64,000 nucleotides of DNA from Chrysomallon squamiferum (taxonomy: Eukaryota > Animalia > Mollusca): positions 7,192,001 to 7,256,000 of the forward strand of contig CM022676.1 of assembly GCA_012295275.1 (NCBI GenBank). The letters are read 5' to 3'. Positions within the stretch are counted from its first letter, which is position 1. Every line of letters begins with the position of its first letter. Of this stretch, positions 29,511 to 44,625 are shown in pieces. A model generated the notes under the pieces. The model was not told the origin of the DNA. It saw only the letters and a list, made by a program, of their open reading frames with translations, and ran no database searches. Both the position numbers and the translations under genes were made by a program.

Positions 29511-30544
29511 TACAATGTTATGAACATTTCAGAAATATAAAAATCAACCTTATAAAATGAATTGTTACAGTTTTTTCATACTTCATTATTATTAAAGGTT
29601 GGTCATAAGAAGGTTATAAATTCTCTTTTATATATACAAAATGCATAATGTTTTTTGTTCTTGTGCATCAAAAAGGTGCACTTTCATAAACATTTCAGAT
29701 TGGCATGATGAGATTAACTGTAATAATAATACTAAATAAATAAATAATAATAATAATAATAATAAAAATCAGAGAAAAAAAAAAAATAAATAAAAAATTC
29801 ATTCCTAAAACATCCACACCCAAAGCCATGCATTAATCAAAAAATCAAACTCGCTGAGAAAAACCAGTCTATTTTCAGCACCGTAGCATGATGGGATTAA
29901 AAATGGCAGGGAATTATCGACACATTCGGAGTTACCTTTCCCTAGATCTCTTCACAGCCACAGGAAACTGGCCATAAATGGCCATTGTGATGGGTGCCAC
30001 GGCAACAACAAATTTATTGGTGATTATAGGTCCATTTCCTTCGGTTTCCTGAATTAGGGTGCTTGTTGTATTTGTGTCCAATGGCACTGGCAAGTCTAAG
30101 TTCATTTAGTTCGATATATATATATATATATATAGATAGATAGACTGTGCAATGTATTATTGTTGCATTTCAGGGGAAGCAGTTTTTGCTTGAAGCCATG
30201 TGTGTGTGCATTGACTGAGAGCTCTATTATTTTTTTATTTCTATAGAGAACTGCCCAGTGAATTATTGGTAATAGCATGAAATATGGATCTGGGGATGGT
30301 GTTAATTGTTAAAGGAACAGTGCTGCGATTTTAACCTACTGCTTCGTAAAACTGCAGTAGAGGAAGGCGCTGAGTGTCGATAGAGCCACAGTTTTAACCG
30401 TTGCATCGTAAAAACACCGTATTGAAAATGTATTGATCAGGTTTTGATATATTTGTTTTAAAGGTGAAGTTGTATATGTTTGTTAGTGTTTCTTGATTGC
30501 CATGTTATCCATTATTTGCAAATTTCCAAATTTTATCAATTTTC

Positions 30545-32090
<1,546 letters not shown>

Positions 32091-32819
32091 TGCATTTATT
32101 AACTGTGGGACATATGTCTAGTACCTATTAGTTAGAAAAGAAGCTGGTGCTCCTGTACAATGTTAACTGTACTCAGAAAACCCAGATACGTATTCTCTAC
32201 ATCGTATTGACAAGTCTGCTGTCTCGATCAATGCTGATAATTAATAGATCATTAAAACTAGTACAGGTGTGTTTTGCACTTCTACGGTTTCATTAATAAG
32301 AAAGGACACACCTGACCAGGTAACTTTTACCTGTCAATTACTTTCTGATTAATCATCATTACACTTTGATCTATCGACTCCACTTGAATTTACCTGCAAT
32401 CTCGTTACAGGTGTTTTTCATTGTTGTCTATCCTGGTGCTTTGCAAGAACGGTAAAAAAAAAAAAAAACATTAAAAAATTGGGGAGGGGACACAGGATTG
32501 GCTAATCAATTCATTAGTACTTCACTCACCTACCTATTGACTGATTGGTCATTTATACCTGCGTGCAGGTAATAAAGATTTAAAAAACCACTAAGATTGG
32601 CAGTTAATTACTGTGTTAGTTTGAATGGGATGTTTTTGTTGTTATGTGGACGATGTTTTATTAATGTTCGTTAGTTTACACCTTGTTTCCACTGTTTACA
32701 AGTTCTGAACTCGAGGTATAACAAGTTTTTGATGTTTGTTACTGTTAACAGTCCCACCACTGTTAAATATTACATGAACAAAAGATTATAGATCCAAACT
32801 TCCCTCTGTGTTTCGTTCT

Positions 32820-32913
32820 TAATGGTTTTTCCATTCCAAACCAGTGCTTCAATATTGATTTATCAAAGGTTATATAAAAATGTTTATATAAAGAATTGCT
32901 GCTTACTGCGCTG

Positions 32914-32980
<67 letters not shown>

Positions 32981-33100
32981 TCTTTTCTGTCTCTCTCTGT
33001 ATATATGTTACATTCTTTACTGTTTGTAGGAGGGTAGAGATAAATGAATGCTTACTGCTGTGTCATGCAAATAACCATTATGTGGATGTGTATCTCTTAC
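32820..33100 (+). mobile_element. Decayed SINE copy interrupted by (CT)n
   Basis: tttccattccaaaccagtgcttcaatattgatttatcaaaggttat..tatataaagaa..ttactg shares the SINE core. A short related fragment lies at about 37268-37305. Confidence 0.45.
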
Positions 33101-34069
33101 ATAATAATAATAAGCAAATAAATAAATAATAAAACTCATTATAACTGTCTAACCATTAACTGCAAAATATCCATCCATCCATCCATCCATTTTTTTGCTC
33201 ACTGCTGGAAGCTTCATGTATGCTTGTCATGGTCAGACTGGCTTGTTGCCAACCCAAGTCCATGTTAACTTTGCTAGGTTGAAAAAGAATTAACCAGACA
33301 AAATAATAAAGTTAAATATTATACCTGAATTAACTAATATTCTTGATTTCATCTGTTCATGATTTAATAGGGTACTGTCAACAACAAATCATATGTATAA
33401 ATTACAGCTGTAAATATAAATGCATTTTCCGAGACAATTTGTGTTTATTTTTCAAAGAGACGTCATTCTTTTTTTCATTGCTGTCTTTTTCTCTTCTTTT
33501 TTTTTTTTCAAAAACTGATCAAAACCACCATTTTCCCTTCATCTATTCTTCAATATTACCCCTATCAGGAGCAGACTATTAAAAATAATTGCTAGCCAAA
33601 CATGACACGCCCTTGGTTGGTGAAGCCCATTACTTGGTAAATGGTAATTGTACAGCAATTTCAGATGGGGAAAAGGAAATTTTGTGTTTTGTTTGAGGAG
33701 TTAAATGAGTTCCTGAATAATTAAAGTCACAGGTAGATGATTAGTCGTCTGTGTTTGATTATTTTCTGGCTGTTATTTGAAAAAAGGTATTTTTGTCATG
33801 ACAGACAGAAAGACAGACTAATAGTGTTTTGTTGTTGTTGTTGTTGTTGTAGACAGGATGTAGTTTGTGTGATGTGATGTGAAAGATGTTGTAAATAGAT
33901 TCAGTGCCTTTTTGGTATTTGTATGTGCATATGGTGTATGATCTATGTGTGTGTGTGTATATAGACATATATATATATATATCTATAATAAGGTATGTGT
34001 GTATTTTTGTGTATGTATAGTATGGTGTATGGGTATATCTGTGTGTATGGGTTATGGTGTGGTTGCTGA

Positions 34070-34110
<41 letters not shown>

Positions 34111-34964
34111 AGTGTGTGTGGTTGTGCGTGTTGTTGTGAATATTTTTATGTGATGTATATGATGTATATGTCATACACCAGCATGTAAGGATATATATGA
34201 TGTACATGTTATGTGTGGGGTATGTCCTTGTTTCTCATATGTCATGTATATAATTATGTGGTTTACTGGCATGTGTGTAAGTGTGTGTGTGTGGTGGGGT
34301 GGGGTTTGTGTGTGTGTGTGTGTGAGTGTGCATGTGCGTGTGTGTGTGGGTGGGTGTGTCTGGGAGTGTGGGTGTTTATAAAACATAACAAAATAAAAAA
34401 ACTCTCCTTTCCCATCAAAAAAATTCCCACTGCACTTCATTTAAATACAAACACGTTAAAACCTCCATTATAAAACCATTCACAGAAAAATCAAATTATT
34501 TCTTTACAACAAAACAAAAAAATAAAAAAAAATCTAAAATTGTCAATGAGATTTAAAAGTACACAAAACTCCAGTTCAATCTGACACCATTAGAGAAAAC
34601 ATTCCCTGGGGAGCATAATCCTTGACCTTGACCTTGTAATGGAGACATTTCACTGTGGTAAAACCCGCTGGTTAATAATGGGCTTATTTCACCTACACTC
34701 GTTTCATTGTTTGATATTCACACCAGTGTGATACGGGGGAATAAAGGAAACAGGAAAATGGAGGGGGAAAAAAAAAATCAATTCATGAAAATATCTCTGA
34801 CATGTTTAAAAATATTCAGTGGGTGGGTTGTGTGTCCAGGGGCTGAGGGGGGGGTTGAGTCTCATTAATGGAAATATGTGATTATTTTAGCCTCCCCAGT
34901 TTAGCCTGAGTCTTGTTCAGGTTTTTGATTAGGTAGATGAATCGTGTATAAAAGTGTTTTTTTG

Positions 34965-35235
34965 GGGAAACGGGTCTACGTTTCAGAAAGTTACAGAAAC
35001 CCAGTTCTGAAATTGTTACAGGAAAATTTGTGTGGTTGAAACCAAGTCTAAAAATAAAGGTCTCAGATTATTTTTGAAAGAGTCTAATTTTGGATTATTA
35101 CAGAGTGGCAAAAATTGGTGTTCAAACCAAGTCTAATTTTTTTTTTATTTTTTTTTTTACCAGAAGCAACAACTAAAAATGTCAAAGAAACTAAATTTTA
35201 AAATGTCATAGAAACCAAGTCTAGAACTATTTTTA
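34965..35235. repeat. Degenerate short tandem repeat (GAAACCAAGTCTA motif)
   Basis: aaaccaagtcta at about 35039, 35124 and 35212, plus variants. Confidence 0.55.
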
Positions 35236-36209
35236 AAAAAAACGAAAAAAGAAAAAACAACAACAAATAAACATATAATACAATTTTTTTTTATACTAAA
35301 ACTGAGCTGAAAAATACAAAAACTTTTTTTGTCAAAACAGATGTCTAAAACTGTTTACAAAGATGAAAACTTTTAAAAAATAAAAAAAATCTTAAAAAAA
35401 AACTAAAAAAACTTTGAATATAATTATTTAAATTAATTCTACTATCAAATAAAAGAAACAAAACAAAACAAAACAAATCTAAACTTTAATTTTCTGTCTT
35501 CATACAAAAAAAGATGTTTACTGATCCCCCCCAAAAAAGTAAATAATAAATAAATAAAAAGATAAAAAATAATAATAAAAAATACTTTAAAAAATACACA
35601 AAAACCCCAAACAGAATAAATAAATAAATAAATAAAAAAAATAAAAAGTTTTTGCTTCATTAAGAACAAACCCAATATTGCTTTTTTTTTCTCCTTAGCA
35701 GTGCATGTTTAAAGATTTTCCAATACCTTTCAGCATTGCCTCCTTCTTTTCCTCCTACTCCTACTCCTTCTACAAGATAACAAGAACCACTGGCAGCTCT
35801 GAAAGCTTCAGTTTCTTGTTAAAAAAAAAACCTATCAAAAACAGCTCAGACTAGCATCATAGAGAGTGGATGTTAGTTAATTCAGAGAACTTCTGATCAA
35901 TAGGAAAAACGAGTCTAAATTTCTCATTAGCAGCGTGATTAAAGAGTCTTCCTCATCCTGGAACCATTTTTATTTCTCGCCCTCCGATGTTCTCGTCGAG
36001 TGAGAAATTTCTCGTCGTGTCACATGAAAGATGTGTCGACGGTTTTTTTTTTTAATGTGTTTTTTTTTTTTTTTTTTTTTTAATGTTTTGTTGTTGTCGT
36101 CTGCTGTTTTTGCGGTCGCAAGAAAATGGAAGAATAAAATAGATTGTACAGTTATATTACTTTTTGGATGTTTTTCTCTGTTTTGTGTCTTTATTTTTGT
36201 CATTAAACT

Positions 36210-36265
<56 letters not shown>

Positions 36266-36512
36266 CACACACACACACATATATCAGGTGAAAAACTATT
36301 CTCTAATTCCATCTTCTATAAAAATACTGTTTTCTATAACTTAACCTTTATTAAATTAAACCTACGTCATAAGTTGTAAATGTCTATGGTTTTTAAATAG
36401 TTATTTAATAACTGTTTCTTGTTTCCATAGTAACCTTCTTATTCAGTTCTTCTATTCAACTAATAACGAACATGATTATAATAATGAAATAAAAAAATGT
36501 GTGTGTTACATT

Positions 36513-36618
<106 letters not shown>

Positions 36619-36867
36619 TCTCTCTCTCTCTGTCTGTCTGTGTGTCTGTCTCAGAACAAAACAGTTAATATATTTTTCCATTTAACTGCATTTACTGCAC
36701 TTTGTAAACACAGCCACATAATTAATATTTACTTACTTAACTGCATTTACTTTAGCCCTTTTAACCTCTTTAATTAACATTACCATTATAACTTCGTTTG
36801 CTGCAGTTTTGTAAAACAGACAAATAATTACTATTTACTCATTCACCTTGCAGTTTCCTCTGTATGA

Positions 36868-37130
36868 TTGTAACAGAAATATCTGCATATATCTGTGTGT
36901 AATATATAAATTAAAGCCCTTTAGCTGAATATATATGAATATATATATATATATATATATAAATTATTTATACATTTGGTGTTTTGTGTCTGTAACAGAA
37001 ATACCTACACACATTTGTATGTAATATATAAAATACAACACTTTAGCTGTATATATATATATATATATATATGCAAATATATTTTCCATTCCAACAGAAT
37101 ATCTGCAAACAATATGTATATAATATGCAA
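36868..37130. repeat. ~120-bp degenerate repeat (2-3 units, plus a copy near 37770)
   Basis: tgtaacagaaata.ct.ca.a.at.tgt.tgtaatatataaa..ctttagctg recurs. Confidence 0.65.
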
Positions 37131-38195
37131 GTACCAATAATAATAATATATAAGAAAACATATTTTTACATCAATGCAATATATAAATTATAACACATTA
37201 ACATATTATTTATTGAAACTTTTATATAAAAGTTCATGTGTTGCATATGTATATAATATATATATATTTTCCATTCTCTTCAGTATTGATTTATCAAAGG
37301 CCATATCTTATCTGTCTGCTTATTGTCTTTATCTATCTATTCATCTTTCTATCTGTCTTTATCTATCCATCTATCTGTCTGTCTTTATAGCTATCTTTCT
37401 ATGTATCTGTCTATCGTTCTCTCTATCTTTCTCTCTATCTTTCTATCTTTCTATTTATCTTTCTATTTATCTATCTTTTATCAGTCTAATCTATCTGTCT
37501 GTCTGTCTGTCTATATCTATCTATATATCTGTGTCTATATTGAAATTGTTTAACATTTAATAACTATCTTTCTTTTAGCAAAATATTATATTTATACCTT
37601 TAACATTATATTTTAGTAAATGCTATATTCTGTAGCCATCTTTTTATATCATCAAACGATACATTCTACAGAATTATAAGTAAATAAAAACAACTGCAAA
37701 CATGCATCTGTAAAAAATAACATACAGGACGTTTGCTGTATCTGTAACATTTAAATTATATATTTAAGTAAACAGAAATAACTGTATATATGCGTATGTA
37801 ATATACAAAATATTACACATTGTCTTTATTAAAACTAGGCTAAAGGTGTATTGACTTGAAGAATGTAATTATTAAGTGCACTATTTTCTGTCATGTAAAG
37901 AGCTGATCTCTGGTGTAAGGAAATTGAGTTTTATTTTAGTTATCTTTTAATTAGTATCATGGTGTTGATAATGTGAATATGGGAAGAAGTAAAAGATTAT
38001 ATGAAGATTAAAATAATGGAAGTTTTGTTAAAATTTTATTTCTATTTTTAAAGGTTTAGGAAAATAATGTAATTATATTAAAGTTATGTTTTATAAATAT
38101 ATTATTAGTAAATGCAAAAGAATTATTCATTTTCATCTTATTCTTTTCTTTTTTAATTTGTTTTTATTTATGTTGTGTATGTATGTGTGTGCAAG

Positions 38196-38342
<147 letters not shown>

Positions 38343-38874
38343 AATCTAAAATCTGTAAAATATTCCTTTAATAATGCCTTAATGTTCTTTCTTTATTTTC
38401 TCAGAAAAAAAAACAAGACATTATTAAAAGCCATCATTAATCATTGTTTTTCTTTTTTATTGTTATATGAATATTTTTTATTTATTTTATATTTAGTTTT
38501 TTTTATTTTCTTCTTTCTTCAGAATAATGGATATTACTAATTAAGTCCTATAAAAAGAAACAAAAACAAATGATATTTCTTTTTGTGTGTGTGTTTTTTG
38601 TTTTAATTTATTTTATGTGTACTAATGGGTTTTTTATGTCTGTCTCGAAAAATTAATAATGGCCATTACTAATTAATTAATTATTTTTAAAAAATTTTAA
38701 AATTTATTTATGCTTAATAATATTGCAATTAATACTAAAATAATATAAACATTGTAAAACTCTTATCTTTCTTAATTTTTTTTCCTTTATTCATTAAGCT
38801 TTTGTTTCATTTTCACTGAAATCAATAACTATAAAAATCAAAACATGTTTTGCTATGTATACAGATCAAACTGA

Positions 38875-39145
38875 ATCATGATAGGATTGGATGATACCCA
38901 GACATTGTCCTGGACTTGAGAAAAAAAACCCCACCTGATACAATCTGTTTGAGAATTGTGTTATAACTAGATGTATAATGACTGTTAATACAAAACTTTG
39001 AACTATGTTTGAAATGTATGAAACCTTGGTATTGCATTGGATTGGTGAAAATTTGATAAACTACACCAAAGATTTCTGTTACAAGCAGATATGTTAGGAC
39101 TTCTAAAAACATTTTGATCTATGATGGAAAGAAATGATATCTAAA
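38875..39145 (-). repeat. Dispersed ~117-bp repeat family, about 2 units, reverse orientation
   Basis: ttataactagatgtataatgactgttaatacaaaactttgaactatg is the reverse complement of the 25080-25660 unit junction. Confidence 0.75.
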
Positions 39146-39757
39146 TATTTTAATGGAATTACGAAATCTTACAATACCAATATATTTTGAATTTAAAAAA
39201 ATAAAAAATTTCTGTTTCTTCTTTAAAATAACCATGATACCATTATAAAAACACCATTTTTAACATTTTTCTTCATTTCTATTTTTTCACTGTTTTTTTT
39301 TGTTTTTTTTTACTGCCATTTAAAAGCTACCACTTAAAAGACATTATTAGAGATAATGAAAGTATAATGAGTTAAAAAAAAAAAACTGTATATAATCTAT
39401 TAATGATATATCATAGTCCGGTATGCAGTACACATGTTTACTTAATAAGTGTATTAATTTTGCATTAACAGCTTATCAATATAAATACAGTATTAATTAT
39501 ATAACAATACGTTTTATTTATGATCTGGATTTTCGTGATTTATCTCTGGTATTAAGTATAGTGTTTTTTGGCAATTAGTGATGCTTTTGTCATTAAGAAT
39601 GTTACTTTGGGAGGACTGTATGGGCTACGGGGGGGTTATTGTGTATAATGGGTTTCCTATATTTGATAAATAATGGTGTTTTCATTATTGAAATAGTTTT
39701 TCTTCTATTTGGAGGGTTGTGTACATATGTGCTATGTAAATCATATATATATATATG

Positions 39758-39789
<32 letters not shown>

Positions 39790-39987
39790 TGCAATGAAAG
39801 TAATACAAATATTTATTGTGTGATTTGCATGTTATGTATATATATAATAAATAAGTGTGTGCCTGTGTGTGTGTCTTTGTCCATGTGTAAGTGTGGGTGT
39901 CCATATGTGTGTGTGTGAGACTGAGTATATTTTAAAAATTTATATTTTATGGGGATTTATTGTTGGTATTAAGTCTATAATTTTATA

Positions 39988-40020
<33 letters not shown>

Positions 40021-40338
40021 GCACGAATGCATGCACGCACACACACACATACTCACACATATAGATAGATAGATAGATAGATATAGATATTTGTACATAT
40101 ATATTGATGTCCATGAGTGAGTCTATGTATTACGTTTACAATTATACATACATACATACATACATACATACATACATACATTCACACATACAGATATATA
40201 ATATACACACATACAGTAACATACATATACATACATACATACATACATACATACTTACATATATATAATATACACACATAGACATATACATACATACACA
40301 CACACACACACATACACATACATATACATATATACACA

Positions 40339-40398
<60 letters not shown>

Positions 40399-41266
40399 CA
40401 CACACATTTTTATTTTATTTTCTTTATGACAAGTTAAAGATTTATTGAACACATTAGTCTCTGATTGCAATTAATGTATTAATAATAACAAGGATTACGC
40501 TGAAAAGAATCTCTAATGGTCGTGGGTATTATTACATATCGACAAGCTTGATTACCCACGATGCACTTAATACAATTCTCCGTTAAGTCAGGTTTCAATA
40601 CGGAGCTTTTAGACTCCATTGATTTTACCGATAAAAATAATCTAAGAAGCTTATGCAAAAGAAACAAAAATAAAAAAAATATAAAAAAATAACAAAAGGA
40701 AAAGAAAGAGAGAAAAAATAATAATAGAGAAAGTTACGAAATGTACTTTGTTGACTTACGAAATGTCTTTTATTGATGACTTGAGAAGTGACGGATCGCT
40801 GGATCAATTCCTGTATTTAACTTGTTTTCCCGTTCCACCGGTGTCTCGTGATTGATTTGTCGGATGGTGAAGGTTCGTGTTTTCCTGTTTGTGGGAAGGT
40901 GTGTATTAAAGGTTAACTGACTTGTGTTATGAAAGGAATGTTCCACGAAATGATAGCTGTGAGTTTAAATCTTCAAATCATGGACAGAGAGAGAAAAGAG
41001 AAAAACATGGAGAGAGGAAAAAAGAATGAAAGAAGGATGAATGATACTGAAGAGTAAATTTTTTCATTTATTCAATATATTTTTTTTTTTTTCAAATTTA
41101 CTCTAAACCAATTTTTTCTTCTTCTTAATATTATTATTTTTATATATATTTTTTTATGATTATCTTTGTTATTATCACTTTCATTAAAATCATTGTGATT
41201 ATTATCATCATTGTCATCATCATTAAAGGTCATTGTCATCATTATTATGTATTGAACTATAGCAGC

Positions 41267-41347
<81 letters not shown>

Positions 41348-41688
41348 ACACACAGGAAATCGTTTGTTGCCATAGCAACAGAACCTACAATAAGACTCTT
41401 TCTTGATTTTTGGTTGTATTGCCAAAGCACTAAGCCACCCAAAAACGATTTTTTTTTTTTTTTTTTTTTCTTAATCTAGGATGATGCTTATTGATGTATT
41501 CAGTTTTGTCCTTGGGGTTTCAATTTAATCTTTGATTATTTCAGGTCTGATAAATAAAATATTTAAGAAATCAGGAGATGTGAAAAAAAAAATTACTAAT
41601 AATGTCAATAGTGATAATAGTTAACATCACTTTTCTTTTAGATGATAAAAGTGTGTGTATGACTTGGGTGCGAGTTTATCTGATTGTC

Positions 41689-41722
<34 letters not shown>

Positions 41723-41731
41723 TGTGTGTGT

Positions 41732-41765
<34 letters not shown>

Positions 41766-42466
41766 CTTTTTGTGTTACATTTCTTTGTATTTGTATGTGG
41801 TGTATTTGTAGTATGTGTGTGTCTTTTGTGTGTGTGTGTGTGTGTGTGTCTTTGTGTGTGTGTGTGTGTGTCTGTGTGTGTGTGTGTGTCTTTTTGTGTG
41901 TTTCTTTGTATTTGTTTGTTATGTGTATTTAGTGTGTGTGTGTGTGTGTGTCTGTGTGTGTGTTTTTTGTGTTATGTTTCTTTGTATTTGTATGTGTTAT
42001 GTGTATTTAGGTGTGTGTGTGTGTGTGTCTTTGTGTGTATTTGTGTGTGTTTTTGATATTTTTTTTGTATTGTTTATTTAACATTTTGTATTTCTTTTTA
42101 TTTTGGATTCTTTATAAAATTTTTAATATTTTTATTTTTATTTGACTTTTTTTGATCTTTTTGTTGATTTTTTTTTTACTCTGCACTTAATCTGTTGATT
42201 CAGTTGTTCCACCACTTTCTGTCAAAAAAAACACACACATAGACACACAAACACACAAACACACACATACACACACACAGACACACACACACACACAGAC
42301 AGACACACACACACACAAACACCCATACAAACCACACACACACACACACAAACACCTGATCAACTAAACTGCTCAAACCCTCTCACATCAACATCCACAC
42401 ACTCATTGCCCATTGATCATCTAAAAACACATTACATTCATTCATTAACTCACAACATCCAATTCA

Positions 42467-42640
42467 AACACATTGCCACATTCCTCGCACATGTAACAAA
42501 CCCAATTACAAACACATTACCACATTCCTCGCACATGTAACAAACCCAATTACAAACACATTACCACATTCCTCGCACATGTAACAAACCCAATTACAAA
42601 CACAGCATTACCACATCCAAACACATTACAAACACAGCTA
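42467..42640. repeat. 44-45 bp tandem repeat, 3+ copies
   Basis: AAACACATTACCACATTCCTCGCACATGTAACAAACCCAATTAC x3. Confidence 0.9.
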
Positions 42641-42867
42641 CGGCAGCAGCTAATCTCTTTTTTCTTTCTCTTTTCTGGGTGTTTTATTTTTATTTTATTT
42701 TTTTCATTATTTTGTTTTTTTTGTTCAATTTAAAATTCTCCACCAGATGTTTTAATTAATTAATCCTGTTCCCTGGATCCGACAGCAGCTGTTGTGTTAG
42801 CGAAGGCTCGGAAACCGGTCTACTGACCCAGTGTTGAGAGGTGACACACACAGCAGTGCTCGGTCTC

Positions 42868-43436
42868 AATTGCAAATGTCTGCTGCTTGTAGCAGGAAAA
42901 CAGACTTAAAGGTACCAGTCCAGTGGATGAGAAAAGCTTTAGAAACATAGAAACAGTTGCAAAGTAGTATCCATGGCAACCTGTTGTCCGGTGAATGAGA
43001 AAAATTAGAAACAAAGTGTATCCATGTTGCAAATGTCTGCTTGTAGCAGAAAACAGACTTAAAGGTACCAGTCCGGTTTGATGAGAAAAACTTTACAAAC
43101 AGTTGTAGTAGTGTCCATGGCAACCTGTTGCAAATTACAAATGTCTGCTTGTAGCAGGAAAACAGACTTAAAGGTACCAGTCCAGTGGATGAGAAAAAAA
43201 CTTTTGAAACAGTTGTAGTAGTGTCCATGGCAACCTGTGCAAAGCAAATGTCTGCTAGTATTAGGAAACAGACTTAAAGGTACCAGTCCAGTGGATGAAA
43301 AACTTTAGAAACAGTTGTAGTAGTGTCCATGGCAACCTGTCGCAAATTGCAAATGTCTGCTTGTTTTAGGAAAGAGACTTAAAGGTACCAGTCCGGACAA
43401 CAGACAAACGGTGTGGTCATATATCCATGGCAACCT
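42868..43436. repeat. ~106-bp tandem array (5 units), each with an RFX X-box-like motif
   Basis: GACTTAAAGGTACCAGTCC recurs with GGTACC at 42911, 43064, 43173, 43279 and 43384. TCCATGGCAAC occurs once per unit. Confidence 0.93.
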
Positions 43437-43644
43437 ACCACGGCAACAGTGATGGGCAGGAGAAATTAAGTGTTCATGTTTGACTGTTGATATAAAACAG
43501 ATAGATGCTGGATGTAATTGGTCTGGAGTTTTTGAATACATTGATTTTTAATTCAGTTGAAGAAGCCTGGGAGGAGATAAACTGTATAGATTTATAGTTT
43601 TAAACTTTATTATGTATATACAGCTTTAATGAGGGTAGATATAT

Positions 43645-44625
43645 AGTATAGAGACAGAGAAAGGGAGATATACAGACTATATAGTGAGATAGATGGAGAG
43701 ACAGAGAAAGGGAGATATACAGACTATATAGTGAGATAGATGGAGAGACAGAGACAAAGGGAGATATACAGACTATATAGTGAGATAGATGGAGAGACAG
43801 AGAGAAAGGGAGAGATACAGACTATATAGTGAGATAGATGGAGAGACAGAGAAAGGGAGAGATACAGACTATGTAGTGAGATAGATGGAGAGAGAGAGAA
43901 AGGGAGAGATACAGACTATATAGTGAGATAGATGGAGAGAGAAAGGGAGATATACAGACTATATAGTGAGATAGATGGAGTGACAGAGAGAAAGGGAGAG
44001 ATACAGACTTTATAGTGAGATAGATGGAGAGAGAGAGAAAAGGGAGATATACAGACTATATAGTGAGATAGATGGAGAGACAGAGAGAAAGGGAGAGATA
44101 CAGACTATATAGTGAGATAGATGGAGAGATAGATGGAGAGAGAGAGAAAGGGAGATATACAGACTATATAGTGAGATAGATGGAGAGACAGAGAGAAAGG
44201 GAGAGATACAGACTATATAGTGAGATAGATGGAGAGAGAGAGAGAAAGGGAGATATACAGACTATATAGTGAGATAGATGGAGAGACAGAGAGAAAGGGA
44301 GAGATACAGATGGAGTGAGATAGATGGAGAGACAGAGAAAGGGAGAGATACAGACTACAGAGTGAGATAGATGGAGAGACAGAGAGAAAGGGAGAGATAC
44401 AGACTAGAGTGAGATAGATGGAGAGAGAGAAAGGGAGAGATACAAACTATAGAGTGAGATAGATGGAGTGACAGAGAGAAAGGGAGAGATACAGACTATA
44501 GAGTGAGATAGATGGAGAGAAAGGGAGAGAGAAAGGGAGATAGATGGAGAGAGAGAGGAGAGAAAAGACTAAATAGAGATAGATGAGAGAAGAGAAAGGG
44601 AGAGATACAGACTATATAGCTAGAT
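43645..44625. repeat. Purine-rich 47-49 bp minisatellite, about 20 copies
   Basis: Unit GAGAAAGGGAGATATACAGACTATATAGTGAGATAGATGGAGAGACA. Confidence 0.95.

Noticed and set aside
42868-43436. CRISPR-like or coding repeat (ORFs with repeated TGLVPLSLF / TGCHG)
   Set aside because: The inter-repeat sequence is itself homologous between units, and unit lengths (153, 109, 106, 105) do not preserve frame.
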